DNA of 64,000 nt from Eledone cirrhosa. Its lineage: Eukaryota. The position numbers were made by a program, and so were the translations under genes. Where the stretch lies: positions 86,738,001 through 86,802,000 of the forward strand of contig OZ024743.1 in NCBI GenBank assembly GCA_964016885.1. Reading direction: 5' to 3'. The notes beneath the pieces are model-generated. The model saw only the letters and a program-made list of their open reading frames with translations. It made no database searches and was not told the DNA's origin. Positions 41,464 to 55,130 of this stretch are shown piece by piece. Positions within the stretch are counted from its first letter, which is position 1. The number at the start of each line of letters is the position of its first letter.

Positions 41464-41615
41464 CCGTATTTCCCAGGGTCGAAGACACTACTTCTTTTCC
41501 TAAAATAACTCTAAAAAATCTACCATGTGTCATGGATGCCGAAGATTGTTTATTATTTTTTTTCAAATTTTTGGTTGTCAAAATTAGGGTGCGTCTTCGG
41601 TGCCGGGAAATGCGG
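41464..41615. mobile_element. pogo/Tigger-like MITE
   Basis: TIRs CCGTATTTCCC.GGGTCGAAGAC / GTCTTCGGTGCCGGGAAATGCGG, with TA on the left flank. Confidence 0.6.
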
Positions 41616-41680
41616 TGTATGTATGTATGTATGTATGTATGTATGTATGTATGTATGTATGTATGTATGTATGTATGTAT

Positions 41681-42232
41681 GGTCGGGTCGTTGGCGACTA
41701 AACAGGCAACCCCACCAAGATTTCTTGGTGAGGAGGGTGACTTTGGACATCCTGCAGGACTAAAAACAAAACCTGTCAAAGGGCAAAGGAGCTCTTAAGA
41801 GTCAATGGCCATCCAAAATCACTGGGAGAGATGACCCCTTAGCCTTTGTCAAGGCAGAATTCTAGGAGAAGGAAAACTCTGATATAACACCTGCAACCCT
41901 GATGGTATCCAATGATGTTGACTTGTTCTTCTTTTTGGTAAATATCATCTTGGTTAAGAGAGTGGGACTGGCTTTGTGCAGTGCCTTTGCTCACTATAAA
42001 AGCTTCACGGCACAGGCATTGCTTTATATCTGGAGATCTCTCTGCACTTGTCGTCACATGGTACCATGGGCCCAGCACTATGTGTCAATAATTGTCACAA
42101 GTGTAGTGTTTGTACCAGAGTTTTCAAGTCGCTGGGTGGACTAAAAAGTCACACTCGTTCAGCGCATCGGTAGGGGTTCTCCTACATGGATATAAAGTAG
42201 TGGCCGTACTCGAAACGAGTTGGCAGCCACCA
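41681..42232 (+). mobile_element. Near-complete non-autonomous RTE-derived element between (ATGT)n tracts
   Basis: Contains CTAGGAGAAGGAAAACTCTGATATAA, which resembles RTE 5' UTRs. It has no RT coding capacity, and several partial copies occur in the window. Confidence 0.6.
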
Positions 42233-42472
42233 TGTATGTATGTATGTATGTATGTATGTATAGATATGTATTGAGTACTCTGGTGCGTTATGGTCCACCT
42301 GGTTCCTTCGTTATATATATATATATATATAACGAAGGAAATGTGGTAAGGAACCAGGTGGACCATAACGCACCAAAGTACTCAATACTTAGGGTAGTAG
42401 AGTGGGTAATATATATATATATATAAGAAATGTAAATCTTTGTTTTTCGAATATTAAAACTATTTGTTAGTT

Positions 42473-42521
<49 letters not shown>

Positions 42522-42568
42522 CGGTGCCCCAGCATGGCCTCAGCCGGATGGCTGAAACAGGTAAAAGA

Positions 42569-42618
<50 letters not shown>

Positions 42619-42711
42619 ACTAACAAATAGTTTTAATATTCGAAAAACAAAGATATATATATATATATCAATAATATTAATAAATGGAAAATATCTTTAT
42701 AAAACCATATT

Positions 42712-42889
42712 TATTTTATTATACTTATTTCAAGGGTACTAATATTTAAGTACGCTTTCGTCAGATAAAATATAATAACAACATGAAGTTCACATGAAGA
42801 TATATCACTATCTTTACTCCAATTACTATATTTTATCTGAAGAACGCGTACTTAAATATTAGTACCCTCGAAATACGTATAATAAAATA
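42712..42889. ncRNA. Inverted pair of family-A hammerheads (42712-42772 minus, 42829-42889 plus)
   Basis: Cores CUGACGA and CUGAAGA, stem II AAGCGUACU..AGUACCCUU, then GAAA-UA(A/C)GUA-UA-AUAAAAUA. Confidence 0.75.
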
Positions 42890-43117
42890 ATAAAATAAAT
42901 ATGGTTTTATAAAGATATTTTCCATTTATTAAAATTATTGATATTAATGATACTCCGGATAAAAATCTGTTGAGTGCTTCTAATCTGTTGTAAAAAAATT
43001 ATCCTTGTTGAATAATCAACAAACCAAATAACTCATTGTTTATATATATATATATATATATATAAATATATATATACATACATACATATGTACATAGACA
43101 CACACACATACACTTAC

Positions 43118-43148
<31 letters not shown>

Positions 43149-43537
43149 CATAAAGAGCACAACTTCTAAAACAGCTTGCTACGATGACACTACGACACTT
43201 TCTAAGTGGATATGGAAATGATAAGACCACCTGAATGTGACGGCCAATGTTAAATACGGCACATGCATTTAAAACAGAATCAAACTGATGTGAACTTTAT
43301 CTTACAGAGACAGTTCAGATAATACACTAACCTACTGCAATCTTAAATAAAAAAAAAGTGTAAATCAATTACGGCTTATGATCGATTGATCGAAGGGACG
43401 ATCGAACGACATTGTGGTACGAGAATGATAATCCACATTTATCTCACATCAATCAACATATATCGGACTTTATAAATTTGTAACTCAGGTTTGAATGCAG
43501 CAGTTTTATTTTTTCTACGCAAAAATAAACGAAAATT

Positions 43538-43645
<108 letters not shown>

Positions 43646-43736
43646 CAAAGCAAGGTTTCACATTAAGGTCTTTATTGATTATGCACACTTACGACCGTTA
43701 AGAAGTTCAAGTAAGCTAGTCGCTCCTTACATACAT

Positions 43737-43769
<33 letters not shown>

Positions 43770-43941
43770 ATAAAGAATTCATATCTAGTAACATATATAT
43801 ACATACAGATGCATATCAATGCTAGCAAATATATAGGTTTTGTCTTAATAACAGTGTGGTTCAATGCATGGGGTTGCAGAACAATAATATAAGAGACGTA
43901 AAATAAGAAAATTATAAAATTAACTTACTTACTAAAATATC

Positions 43942-44024
43942 ACTTCCCACTAATTTGTTTCTGGAATGGAGTAAATATATTTTCCGAAGAATAATACAGA
44001 GAAGCATACCGTCGTCAGGAAAGT
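43942..44024 (-). ncRNA. Degenerate hammerhead motif
   Basis: ACUUUC-CUGACGA-cGGuAUG..CAUuCCa-GAAA-CAAAUUAG-UG-GGAAGU. There is a G at the cleavage position. Confidence 0.4.
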
Positions 44025-44088
44025 CTATTCTCATGTAAGTTTCCAGGCAAAGCGAGGACACTGGAAACTTATTAAAAAATAATTCAGT

Positions 44089-44137
<49 letters not shown>

Positions 44138-44333
44138 TATGTATACGTACATAAATATATCTATACAGACGTACAGTAGTATGTATATATATATATACAT
44201 ACATGCACACATATATATATATGTACGTATATATACATACATGCACACATATATATATATGTACGTATATATACATACATGCACATATATATATATGTAC
44301 GTATGAGAAATGAAATTTCGTTTCATTTTTTCC

Positions 44334-44398
<65 letters not shown>

Positions 44399-44436
44399 AT
44401 TAAATAAATGGAAAACTATATTTATAAAACCATATT

Positions 44437-44676
44437 TATTTCATTATATATATTTCGGGGATATCATATTAACAATACGCTATGCCTTCATCAGACAAAA
44501 TGCAATATAAACAGTTTTATAGATAAATATATTCGACATACCATATATTTATCTATAAAACTGTTTATATTTATCTATAAAAATATTTATCTATAAAACT
44601 GTTTATATTGTATTTTGTCTGATGAAGGCATAGCATATTGTTAATATGATATCCCCGAAATATATATAATGAAATA
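44437..44676. ncRNA. Inverted pair of family-A hammerheads (44437-44502 minus, 44611-44676 plus)
   Basis: UAUUUUGU-CUGAUGA-aGGcAUAgCAUAUU guu AAUAUGaUAUcCCc-GAAA-UAUAUA-UA-AUGAAAUA. Confidence 0.7.
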
Positions 44677-44804
44677 AATATGGTTTTATAAATATAGTTT
44701 TCCATTTATTTAATATTGTAAATATACTCCAAATATTTGTCGAGTGCTTTTATATCAGTTATAAATATTTACTAGTTGTAACCCAACAATTTTAAATATA
44801 ACTT

Positions 44805-44879
<75 letters not shown>

Positions 44880-44886
44880 ATATATC

Positions 44887-44928
<42 letters not shown>

Positions 44929-44934
44929 TATATG

Positions 44935-45245
44935 TGAAGGCTCATGGATTAGTGGTTAGAGCATTGGGCTCGCAATTGAAAGGTCGAGTGATCCTTGAGC
45001 AATACACTTTATTTTATGTTGTTCCAGTTCACTCAGCTGTAGAAATGAATTGCGACCTCACTGGCAGCCAAGCTGTATCCGCCATAGCCTTTCCCTTGGA
45101 CATCATCGGTGGCGTAGAGAAGGGAGGTTGGTATGCATGGGCGACTGCTGGTCTTCCTCAAACAACCTTGTCCAGACTTGTGCCTCGGAGGGAAACTTTA
45201 CTTTCTAGGTGCAAATCACATGGTTATTCGTTACCGAAGGGTGTC

Positions 45246-45248
<3 letters not shown>
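44935..45248 (+). mobile_element. tRNA-derived SINE of a second family
   Basis: Head TGGATTAGTGGTTAGAGCATTGGGCTCGC and motif CCTTGAGCAATACACTTTATTT. It lies in (TA)n. Confidence 0.6.
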
Positions 45249-45319
<71 letters not shown>

Positions 45320-45457
45320 AATTAAAAAATATGAGGAAATAATAGACAAAAATATACATTTTTTTTCTTCAAAGTCCCGACTCGGTCATCGAGCAAAACT
45401 TGTTATTGCAGACACCACACACACATATATACATATGAATATGTGTGTGTATTTCAT

Positions 45458-45497
<40 letters not shown>

Positions 45498-45527
45498 AAA
45501 GAATAGAGGTGTAACACACAAGTTATT

Positions 45528-45929
45528 ATATATTGGTAAACGGAATAGAAAATGCTGACAAATTGTTCACAGTTGAAAAATGGTTTAATTAGGAATAAAA
45601 GAGTATTAGTGATTGTATGGGTTAGTATTCAGTTGTGGTTTTAAGTTTTTAAGTTTTTACCGGTTGCGCATTTCTAAATGCTTTTCAAAAATAATTTTGA
45701 GATAGAGTGTCCGTGTCGTTTGTTCTGTTTGCTCTGATCAGAGCAAACAACACGGACACTCTATCTCAAAATTATTTTTGAAAAGCATTTAGAAATGCGC
45801 AACCGGTAAAAACTTAAAAACTTAAAACCACAACTGAATACTAACCCATACAATCACTAATACTCTTTTATTCCTAATTAAACCATTTTTCAACTGTGAA
45901 CAATTTGTCAGCATTTTCTATTCCGTTTA

Positions 45930-45937
<8 letters not shown>
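45528..45937. repeat. ~200-bp-arm near-perfect palindrome with no spacer, in (TA)n
   Basis: The centre is TGTTTGCTCTGA|TCAGAGCAAACA, and the arms are reverse-complementary out to ATATATTGGTAAACGG / CCGTTTACCAATATAT. Confidence 0.9.
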
Positions 45938-45989
<52 letters not shown>

Positions 45990-46099
45990 GATATATATAT
46001 GTATATATATATACTCATTTATCTCAAATATTTATCTAGGTAGCTCAGTAGTCAGCTTTATATTCCTACTACTTTTGTTTGTCAGACTGTCTCTGTCTA

Positions 46100-46214
<115 letters not shown>

Positions 46215-46779
46215 TATACTCGCTCATTATTTACACAGATACAACTGTATATATATATCCGTATGGGCGCCGCGCCGTATTGATATACGGCGTTTCCTGG
46301 GCATTTTAAAACCTGGCGGAGTACACCAGATTTCTTCTAGAGGGGGATAGAGAGTGAGAGATTGGAGGTGAGAAAGAGATATATAGGAAGAATCAACCCA
46401 TTACTTGACTGGTACATCTTTTTTCTCGACCTCAAAAGGACGAAAGGCATGTTTGCGGTATTCGTTTCGGCTCTCTGAGTTCAAATCCCACCGAAGTCAA
46501 CTTTGTCTTTCAGCCATTCCAGATTCGAGGTAGATAAAAAAGTACCAGTCAAGTACTGGGGTCGAATCATCCTCTATATTTCCTTTTCACTTCCTCTCTC
46601 TCATTTTCTATCCTTCTCTTGACGAAATCTGCTGTAGCCATGCCTTGAGAGGGATGGGCCCCGCCAGGTTTCAAAATGGGCAAGCAACGCCGTACGAGTT
46701 CTTGCTGGACTAAAGAAAGGAATACCCCCCCACAGACACACACTCACCCGTATATATATATATATATATATACATATAT

Positions 46780-47478
46780 ATAAATGAAAAGTATAGAAAT
46801 TATTGTAGCAAGAAGCCAACAGTATTCCATAATATATAAGTGACTATAGCGTCAAAATGGAAAAATAGTTAACGTAAGATGTGGGAAAATAATTCAAACT
46901 CAATTCAAAAAGAATCAGGATATAGATTCATCCACAGAATTTGGTGAAATCCAGGGAAAAATCAATAGAGCCTTAACTCATGATAAAATAAAGTTTAAAA
47001 TACTCATCCTTCAATTTGGAAAAACTACAAATGCTCTGTATTGTCTTAAAGTAATTTCACGAAACTTTCAGTGGTCATCGATCATCAGCAGAGCTCAAAG
47101 ACACGATAACCAAAGGTCCACTGTTTATAATATGCCAAAAAGGGAATTTAATAGCAGGCTAGTTCAACATCATGCGTAATTATGAAGAAAAACGCACATG
47201 TAGAGACAGGGCTGGTGACGTCAGAATGAGACGAATGTCTGTTTACATGAAACAACAGTCAAAAACATTCCGAAAAAAACTCTACAATATAAGGAGTTCA
47301 GAAAAAGCAATATTATCGCGTTTTTTTTTTAAAAAAAAGACCGGGATTAGTCACAAATCAATTTTAAGCACTCTAGGAAAGAAACGCGAGTATAAATATA
47401 AATGAAAAGTATAGAAATTATTGTAGCAAGAAGCCAACAGTATTCCATAATATATAAGTGACTATAGCGTCAAAATGG
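46780..47478 (-). mobile_element. 618-bp unit with ~80-bp terminal direct repeat, carrying a hammerhead, in (TA)n
   Basis: AAATGAAAAGTATAG..CGTCAAAATGG occurs at 46782 and 47400. A related stub lies at 11175-11218. Confidence 0.7.
47033..47094 (-). ncRNA. Type-I hammerhead motif
   Basis: GCUCUG-CUGAUGA-uCGA..UCGu-GAAA-UU..AA-UA-CAGAGC. Confidence 0.7.
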
Positions 47479-47654
47479 GGAAAAAAAAAATATATATATA
47501 TATATATACACGCACACACACATACACACTCATACATATATATATATACAAATATGAGGTAACAAACATATCAAATATGTTTGTTTTTTGTGCTTCTCAA
47601 TAAAAAGGTCAATAGACTTTGTCCAGAGCCATAATAATTCAAAAGTAAAAGACA

Positions 47655-47724
<70 letters not shown>

Positions 47725-47862
47725 CACACACATATATATATATATGTGTATATAAAGAAAGAACCGTATATCCACAAGAATACACAATATATTGTATATA
47801 TACAAAGCTCATATTTCAGCTATAATAATTCAAAATATTGTGTATTGTCTTGGATATATGGC

Positions 47863-47985
<123 letters not shown>

Positions 47986-48347
47986 AAGGTATGTATATTT
48001 CCTCTAATAGTTTGTAATATTTTTACACAGATCTATATGATATACATACCAAAACACATATATCCTAGAAACGATCGTAAAATGATGAATTTTTTAATAT
48101 AAGGAACTTGTTCTTTGTTTTTATTAATTTATCTTAACTCTGTTTTCCTATGATTTTCATCGAAAAATTTTGAATGCATCTTCTCTTTTCATGATATTTG
48201 GATTACATTGAGTTCTTCATACGGATTGGACACTACCGTATATTTTTGGTAGATTTATCTACATATATATATATATTAAAGTACCAGTACTGGGTATTTG
48301 CTGGCTTTGTGCCAAAAGTAGAAACAATTATATATATATATAAATAA

Positions 48348-48577
<230 letters not shown>

Positions 48578-48969
48578 CATTATCGGAGAAAGCTTTTAGC
48601 GATACTCCGGCCAAATCCCAACTCACTCAACAAACATTAGGAAATAAGTGAGTATATTCCTAATTAAACGTCCGGGGTGCTAACTAAGTGTATTGTGTGG
48701 AGAATTGGCTGTATTATTTCATGTGAGACATATCGAATAAAAGGCTATTTTCCCCGACTCTCTAACGCTGATATTGTACGAATCTGTGTTTGGATTTCAA
48801 CATTTTTAATCTCAAATCACCCGAACGCTTCGATACATCGAAATCACTGCTAACTTCTTTTACTTAAAATATATATTCGTACACTCTTACCTACTAGCAT
48901 TGAGTGTCTACTACCATTGAGCATTGAATATTTAAATACTACGGCATTTTAAACACATTCTAATCTACA

Positions 48970-49085
<116 letters not shown>

Positions 49086-49276
49086 CACACACACACACCA
49101 ACATACACACACACACACACACACATACACACACACACACACATATATATATAGAGAGAGTGAGAGAGTGCGTTTTCTGTGGTGTGATCATGGGAGTACT
49201 CAATGCATAGGGATATAGGGAGATGCAGAGTGGGTATAGAGATGTATACATCTCTCTCGCTCTTTCTCTATCCCCC

Positions 49277-49319
<43 letters not shown>

Positions 49320-49461
49320 CATATAGTAATAATATGTATATATATATACATATATATATAGAGAGAGATACATCTCTATACCTTATATATACACATGTGC
49401 ATACAGATACATATACCTAAATATATATAATTGTTTGTTTCTGTGTATATAATATATATAT

Positions 49462-50183
49462 ATATATATGAATGTATATATAGTGTATTTTGCAATACAC
49501 TTTATGCTTAATTAAAAGCATTTTGAAGACCGTATGCTATTGTTTTAGAGTAGTGACAGACTCACTTACTTTAATTTCAGCAAACAGGGGGAGATAAAGC
49601 TGACAAGGCCTTGTTTCTGCATTTATTGATGCTTATCAAAGCCAACTACTCCTCCCGTCTGCTGAAATTACGGATGTTATTTTCTTATAGAATTCTAGTA
49701 AATAATCAGGAACTGATTATACAGAGCGGTTGCCGGTCAAGCAGAAATTAAAAATTAGAATTGGTGCTCTGAAATAGCCATATATATATGAATGTATATA
49801 TAGTGTATTTTGCAATACACTTTATGCTTAATTTATGTTTAATTTATGTTTAATTTATGTTTAATTTTTAATTTCTGCTTGACCGGCAACCACTCTGTAT
49901 AATCAGTTCCTGATTATTTACTAGAATTCTATAAGAAAATAACATCCGTAATTTCAGCAGACGGAAGGAGTAGTTGGCTTTGATAAGCATCAATAAATGC
50001 AGAAACAAGGCCTTGTCAGCTTTATCTCCCCCTGTTTGCTGAAATTAAAGTAAGTGAGTCTGTCACTACTCTAAAACAATAGCATACGGTCTTCAAAATG
50101 CTTTTAATTAAGCATAAAGTGTATTGCAAAATACACTATATATACATTCATATATATATGGCTATTTCAGAGCACCAATTCTA

Positions 50184-50188
<5 letters not shown>
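49462..50188. mobile_element. Fold-back cassette of two differently permuted 320-bp units with U3-A8 hammerheads (49598-49643 minus, 49976-50021 plus)
   Basis: GAATGTATATATAG occurs at 49470 and 49790. The right arm is the reverse complement starting at a different point. The motif is GGCU-UUGAUAA-GCAU caauaa AUGC-a-GAAA-CAAGGCCUUG-UC-AGCU. Confidence 0.75.
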
Positions 50189-50256
<68 letters not shown>

Positions 50257-50261
50257 TATAT

Positions 50262-50309
<48 letters not shown>

Positions 50310-50419
50310 GTGTGTGCCTTTGAAAGCAATACTAAATGTGTGCATATCTGTTTCCTAAAACTCTTCTAATTAATTAGTCACCAGTCAGTCATTCACTAAA
50401 CGGCAATTAAGTCAGATTA

Positions 50420-50830
50420 ATACTTTCCTATAGTGCTGTAGTGGAGCCTGTGCTGCTGTACGGGTCTGAGACTTGGACACTGACCAAGCAACTCACTCAG
50501 ATGGTGGATAGGTGCTACACGAGAATGCTGAGGATGGCTCTGAACACTAATCAGTATACACTGAGGATGAAGAACTCAGAGCTGTACGGGAGCCTCCCAA
50601 AAGTCAGTTCGAGAGTAGCCCAGGGGAGACTGAGGTTAGCTGGACATGCTCACCGACATCCAGAGTTGACACTACACTCAGTGCTCCTGTGGAAGCCCCT
50701 GCATGGACACACTGGAAGAGGAAGAGCTAGGTTAACATATGTTGATACCCTAAGGACAGACACTGGTCTCTTGGACGCGGGACATGGCAGCGATAATGAG
50801 GGACAGAGACTGTTGGAGAAAACTCGTCCA
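50420..50830 (+). mobile_element. RTE-clade LINE 3' fragment
   Basis: 'VEPVLLYGSETWTLTK..CYTRMLRMAL..RLRLAGH..GRGRARLTYVD'. Confidence 0.8.
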
Positions 50831-51239
50831 TGGATCTCGGGAATTTTACTCGCCCTAGATAGATATAAAAACAAAATAGACACATGAGAAAAACACAGAA
50901 GATAGCAGATCTTTTATGAGAAATGAACTCCTAACACCTTTATTATATTACCTTTGCAATAGAATTTCTGTAGAGTTCATGTATATCAGTTGACTGAAAT
51001 AAATGTCTTTACAAATTTAGTTTTTAACTTTTTTTTAAACATTATTATTTTTGTTCTGATTTCACGTTTTTCTTTGTTTATCTTGGCTTGTGTTACATTT
51101 GCAAGAATTGATAAATTAAATATCATTTATGAACTGGTATCAATTCAATCGATTAATAAAACAAAACAATTAAAAAACCACCACCACCACCACCACTACC
51201 ACCACCAACACCACCACCACCACACCTTTATCTTTGTCT

Positions 51240-53935
51240 TCTTACATATGTCTCGTCGACCCCAGATGCGCCTTTCTAGCTTTCCGAAAGCACCACTTGC
51301 TTTCCTAATCCTGAGTGGAATTTCATTATCAAGATTGCTGTATCGATTGACAGTGCTTCACAGGTAGACAAACTGATCAACCACTCTAAATCGTTTACCA
51401 TACACATAGATATTTGGTTCCCTGTACTGCTTACCAGAGGCAGGTTGGTACATGACGATAGTTTTCTTGAGACTGACAGTCAATTCTAGGGCAGTGCAAG
51501 CATCAGAAAATGCATTCAAAATGTACTGCATATCACTGTGTGCGCTACATGATCGCAATTATCTGCATACAAGAGGTCTCTTATGATTGATGTAAATACT
51601 TTTGTTTTTGCAGCAAAGCGCCTGATGTTAAATATGCTGCCTGAGGTTCGATAGTAGATGTAAACACCATGCTCGCAATTCCTGAATGCAATATAGAAAA
51701 CCATTGTAAAGTACATGGCAAACAGGGTCGGTGCTGGAATATCTCCCAGTTTCACTTCTTTTTTTTACTGAGATAGGATCCGACATGTTACCTCTGACAT
51801 TAACCCAAGCCTTCATGTCGTCATGGAAAGACCTAACCAAAGCAAGGAACTTATCAGAGCAACAAAGTTTCTGGAAAACCGTCCACAATGCATTTCTGTT
51901 AACAGTATCGAAAGCTTTTGTCAGATCGACAAAAACCTGATACAGATCCAAACCTTGTTCCATGCACTTCTCCTGGAGCAGTCTAGCACGAAAACCAGAT
52001 TGACTTTCAGGAAGAACACAATCTGCAATGTGTGTCTGCAAACGGTCCAGAAGCATCCTACATAAAACTTTTCCTATGACAGAAAGCAATGATATACCTC
52101 TGTAGCTTCCACAATCATTCTTGTTACCCTTTCCCTTGTAGAAGACTACCATTACTGGATCTCTCCAGTCCTCAGGTACGGATTCACTAGCCCATATCCT
52201 GCCAAACAAAGAGTGAAGATGTCGCAAAGGTATTTCACCACCATATTGTAAGAGCTCTGCATGTATGCCATCCATACTTGGAGACTATCCACTGTTCAGC
52301 TTCGAGATAGCTACTGCAACCTCCACAAGCGTCGGTGGTATTGGGAGAACTACTTTCACAGGTATTTCAGGAATGAGATTGAGGAAATCTTCATTGACGA
52401 CAGACGACTGATTCAAAAGTTCATCAAAGTGCTCTCACCACCTTCGCAGAATTCCTTGTGAGTCATGAAGAAGTTCCTTGCCATTCTTGCTGCGAAGCGG
52501 TGTCACCAGAGAAGAAGACGGTCCATAAACCTCACGCAACAGCTTTGTGTTATTGGAATCTAATGCAGCTTGTATCTCATGAGCCTTCTCACTCCACCAT
52601 TTATCCTTCATCTGAGAAAGCCTCTACCTCACACGTGATTTCACATCCGTGAGTTCCTTATGCAACATATTCTTCTCCTGTGGTTTTGCTGCCACGTAGC
52701 GTAACAGAGCACGCCTCTTATCAGCCAACAAATCATCTATATATTCATCATTTTCATTAAACCAATCTTGATACTTTCGCTGCACCAATCCCAGAACACG
52801 CCGGCCTACATCATAAACCGACTTTTAAAGAGTCGGCCAATCTTCATCAAAATCTGCAACATGCATCTCTTCTCGCATTATTATCTCTAAGACGGTGGAT
52901 TGGCAGTATCGGTAGAGGGTCAGACGCCATGCTTTGCAGCAAAGAATTACGGCCCTTTATGGTCTGAGTTCGAATCCCGCCGAGGTTAACTTTGCCTTTC
53001 ATCCTTACGGGGTCGATAAAATAAAGTACCAGTAATACACTGGCATATTTCTGGCCTTGTACCAAAAGTAGAAATCATTATTATCTCTAAGACGAGCAGC
53101 ATTCAGTCTCCTAGGCAGGGTGACACCAGGAGCCCGGATTTTACGTTTAGTGATTAGTTCACTTTTGCACGTACCAGGTGGTGGTCCGTCTAACACTAAG
53201 CCTCACGAAGAACGCGAACACACTACACATCCCGACTGTCACGCACACTGACAAGGATGTAGTCCAAAAGATGCCATTCCTTAGATGCAGGATGCATCCA
53301 TGTGGTCTTAAATTTGTTCTTTTGCTGGAACATGGTGTTAGTAACACACAGATCCAGCTCCTCACACATCTGCAGCAGGAGCATACCATTGTTGTTACAC
53401 TTTCCCACCCCATGCCTTCCGATTACATTCCATGTGTTAGAATCTCTACCCACTCTAACATTAAAGTCACCAAGCACGATGACCTTGTCTGCCTGAGGGA
53501 TATTTCTTAAAACACCTTTCAAGGCATGGTAGAAAGACACTTTTTCGTCATCGACAGAATTCATAGTTGGAACATACACACTCACCAGGGTTGCATATCT
53601 TCCTTTGTCCAGCGCAATTATCATGGACATAAGACGCTCACTAATCCCCACTGGGAATTCTAATTTATCCACAAGAGCAGTCTTAACAGAAAATGCTACC
53701 CCAGCCTCTCTTCTGGTTCCGGCATCTCTTCCTTTCCAGAAGAATGTATATTCTCCACAAAATTCTGTAAGATGACGATCTCCAGCTAACCTTGTCTCGG
53801 ATAAAGCCACGATGTCAATATCGTAACGACGAAGCTCCTTTGCAACAAGAGCTGCCCTTCGTTCAGGACGTTCGGAGGAATCCCTGTCAAGCAGCGTCCT
53901 TACGTTCCAGCAGCCAATATTAAATGCCTTGTTTG
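51240..53935 (-). mobile_element. Decayed RTE (BovB-like) LINE with APE and RT, interrupted by a SINE
   Basis: APE: GCWNVRTL, ALSETR, LGDFN, TWMHP..WHLLDY. RT: DGIHAE, YRGISLLS, PESQSGFR, FVDLTKAFD, LLYADN. It has multiple frameshifts. Confidence 0.9.
52891..53080 (+). mobile_element. tRNA-derived SINE nested in RTE, with 19-bp direct repeat
   Basis: CATTATTATCTCTAAGACG occurs at 52876-52894 and 53076-53094. Confidence 0.9.
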
Positions 53936-54147
53936 GCTCTATTACAGTGGCACGATGACGAGCAGGCCCAGGCTATGATACCCTGGGGCCCCTGCCCTTA
54001 TTGCCAATTATCTCTTTTATATTGAGCACTGTTTTCCTTATCCTTTTTCACACCTACGGATATTTCTACACACATATATACATACATACATATATATATA
54101 TATACATGCATACATACATATATGCATACATACATGCATACATACAT

Positions 54148-54366
<219 letters not shown>

Positions 54367-54389
54367 TATATATATACAAGTATATATAA

Positions 54390-55020
54390 GTAGCAAGGAC
54401 CCACTGGATGCTATCTCCTTCAACTGCCCAGATGGTTCTATAGAAATAGTAGACACTTTCCGTTACCTGGGTAACAAAATCAGCAATGGAGGAGGGTGCT
54501 CTGAAAGTGTAGTAGCCAGAGTTAGAACGGGATGGAAAACGTTCAGAGAGCTAATACTGCTGTTGGCCACAAGGGGTTTTTCCCTAAAAGTGAAAGGCAG
54601 ATTGTATGATGCTTGTATACGAACGGCGATATTACATGGTAGTGAGACTTGGGCATTGTGTGCTGAAGACTTGCGTAGCTTAGAAAGAAATGAAGATTGC
54701 ATGCTCTGATGGATGTGTAATAGTAATGTGCGGGAAAGGCGAAGCATAAACGAACTAAGAGGGAGACTAAGCATAAGAGGTATCAAATGTTGTGTTCTAA
54801 AGAGGAGATTGCGTTGGTATGGACATGTGCTGCGTATGAAGGACAACAGCTGTGTAAAAAAGTGCAGGGCAATGAAAACTGATGGAAGCTACGGAGTGGG
54901 TAGACCAAGAAAATCCAGGGACAAGGTGATAAAAACTGACCTTGCTCATCTACACCTCTCTAAGACAATGACACTGGATCGAGATCTTTGGCGCCATGAA
55001 GTTGTACAGAAGACCCCACT
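54390..55020 (+). mobile_element. RTE-clade LINE 3' fragment
   Basis: 'IEIVDTFRYLGNKISNGGGCSESVVARVRTGWKTFREL..LHGSETW..RRLRWYGHVLRM..GRPRKS'. Confidence 0.85.
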
Positions 55021-55130
55021 GCTATTGCATACAAACCTACAGTCAGTAGGCACCTCTTAACTCAATGTACACCCCACATACCCTACCCCATCCTCCCTTT
55101 CCCGTTCCGTCCATTGTGTCGATGACCCAA

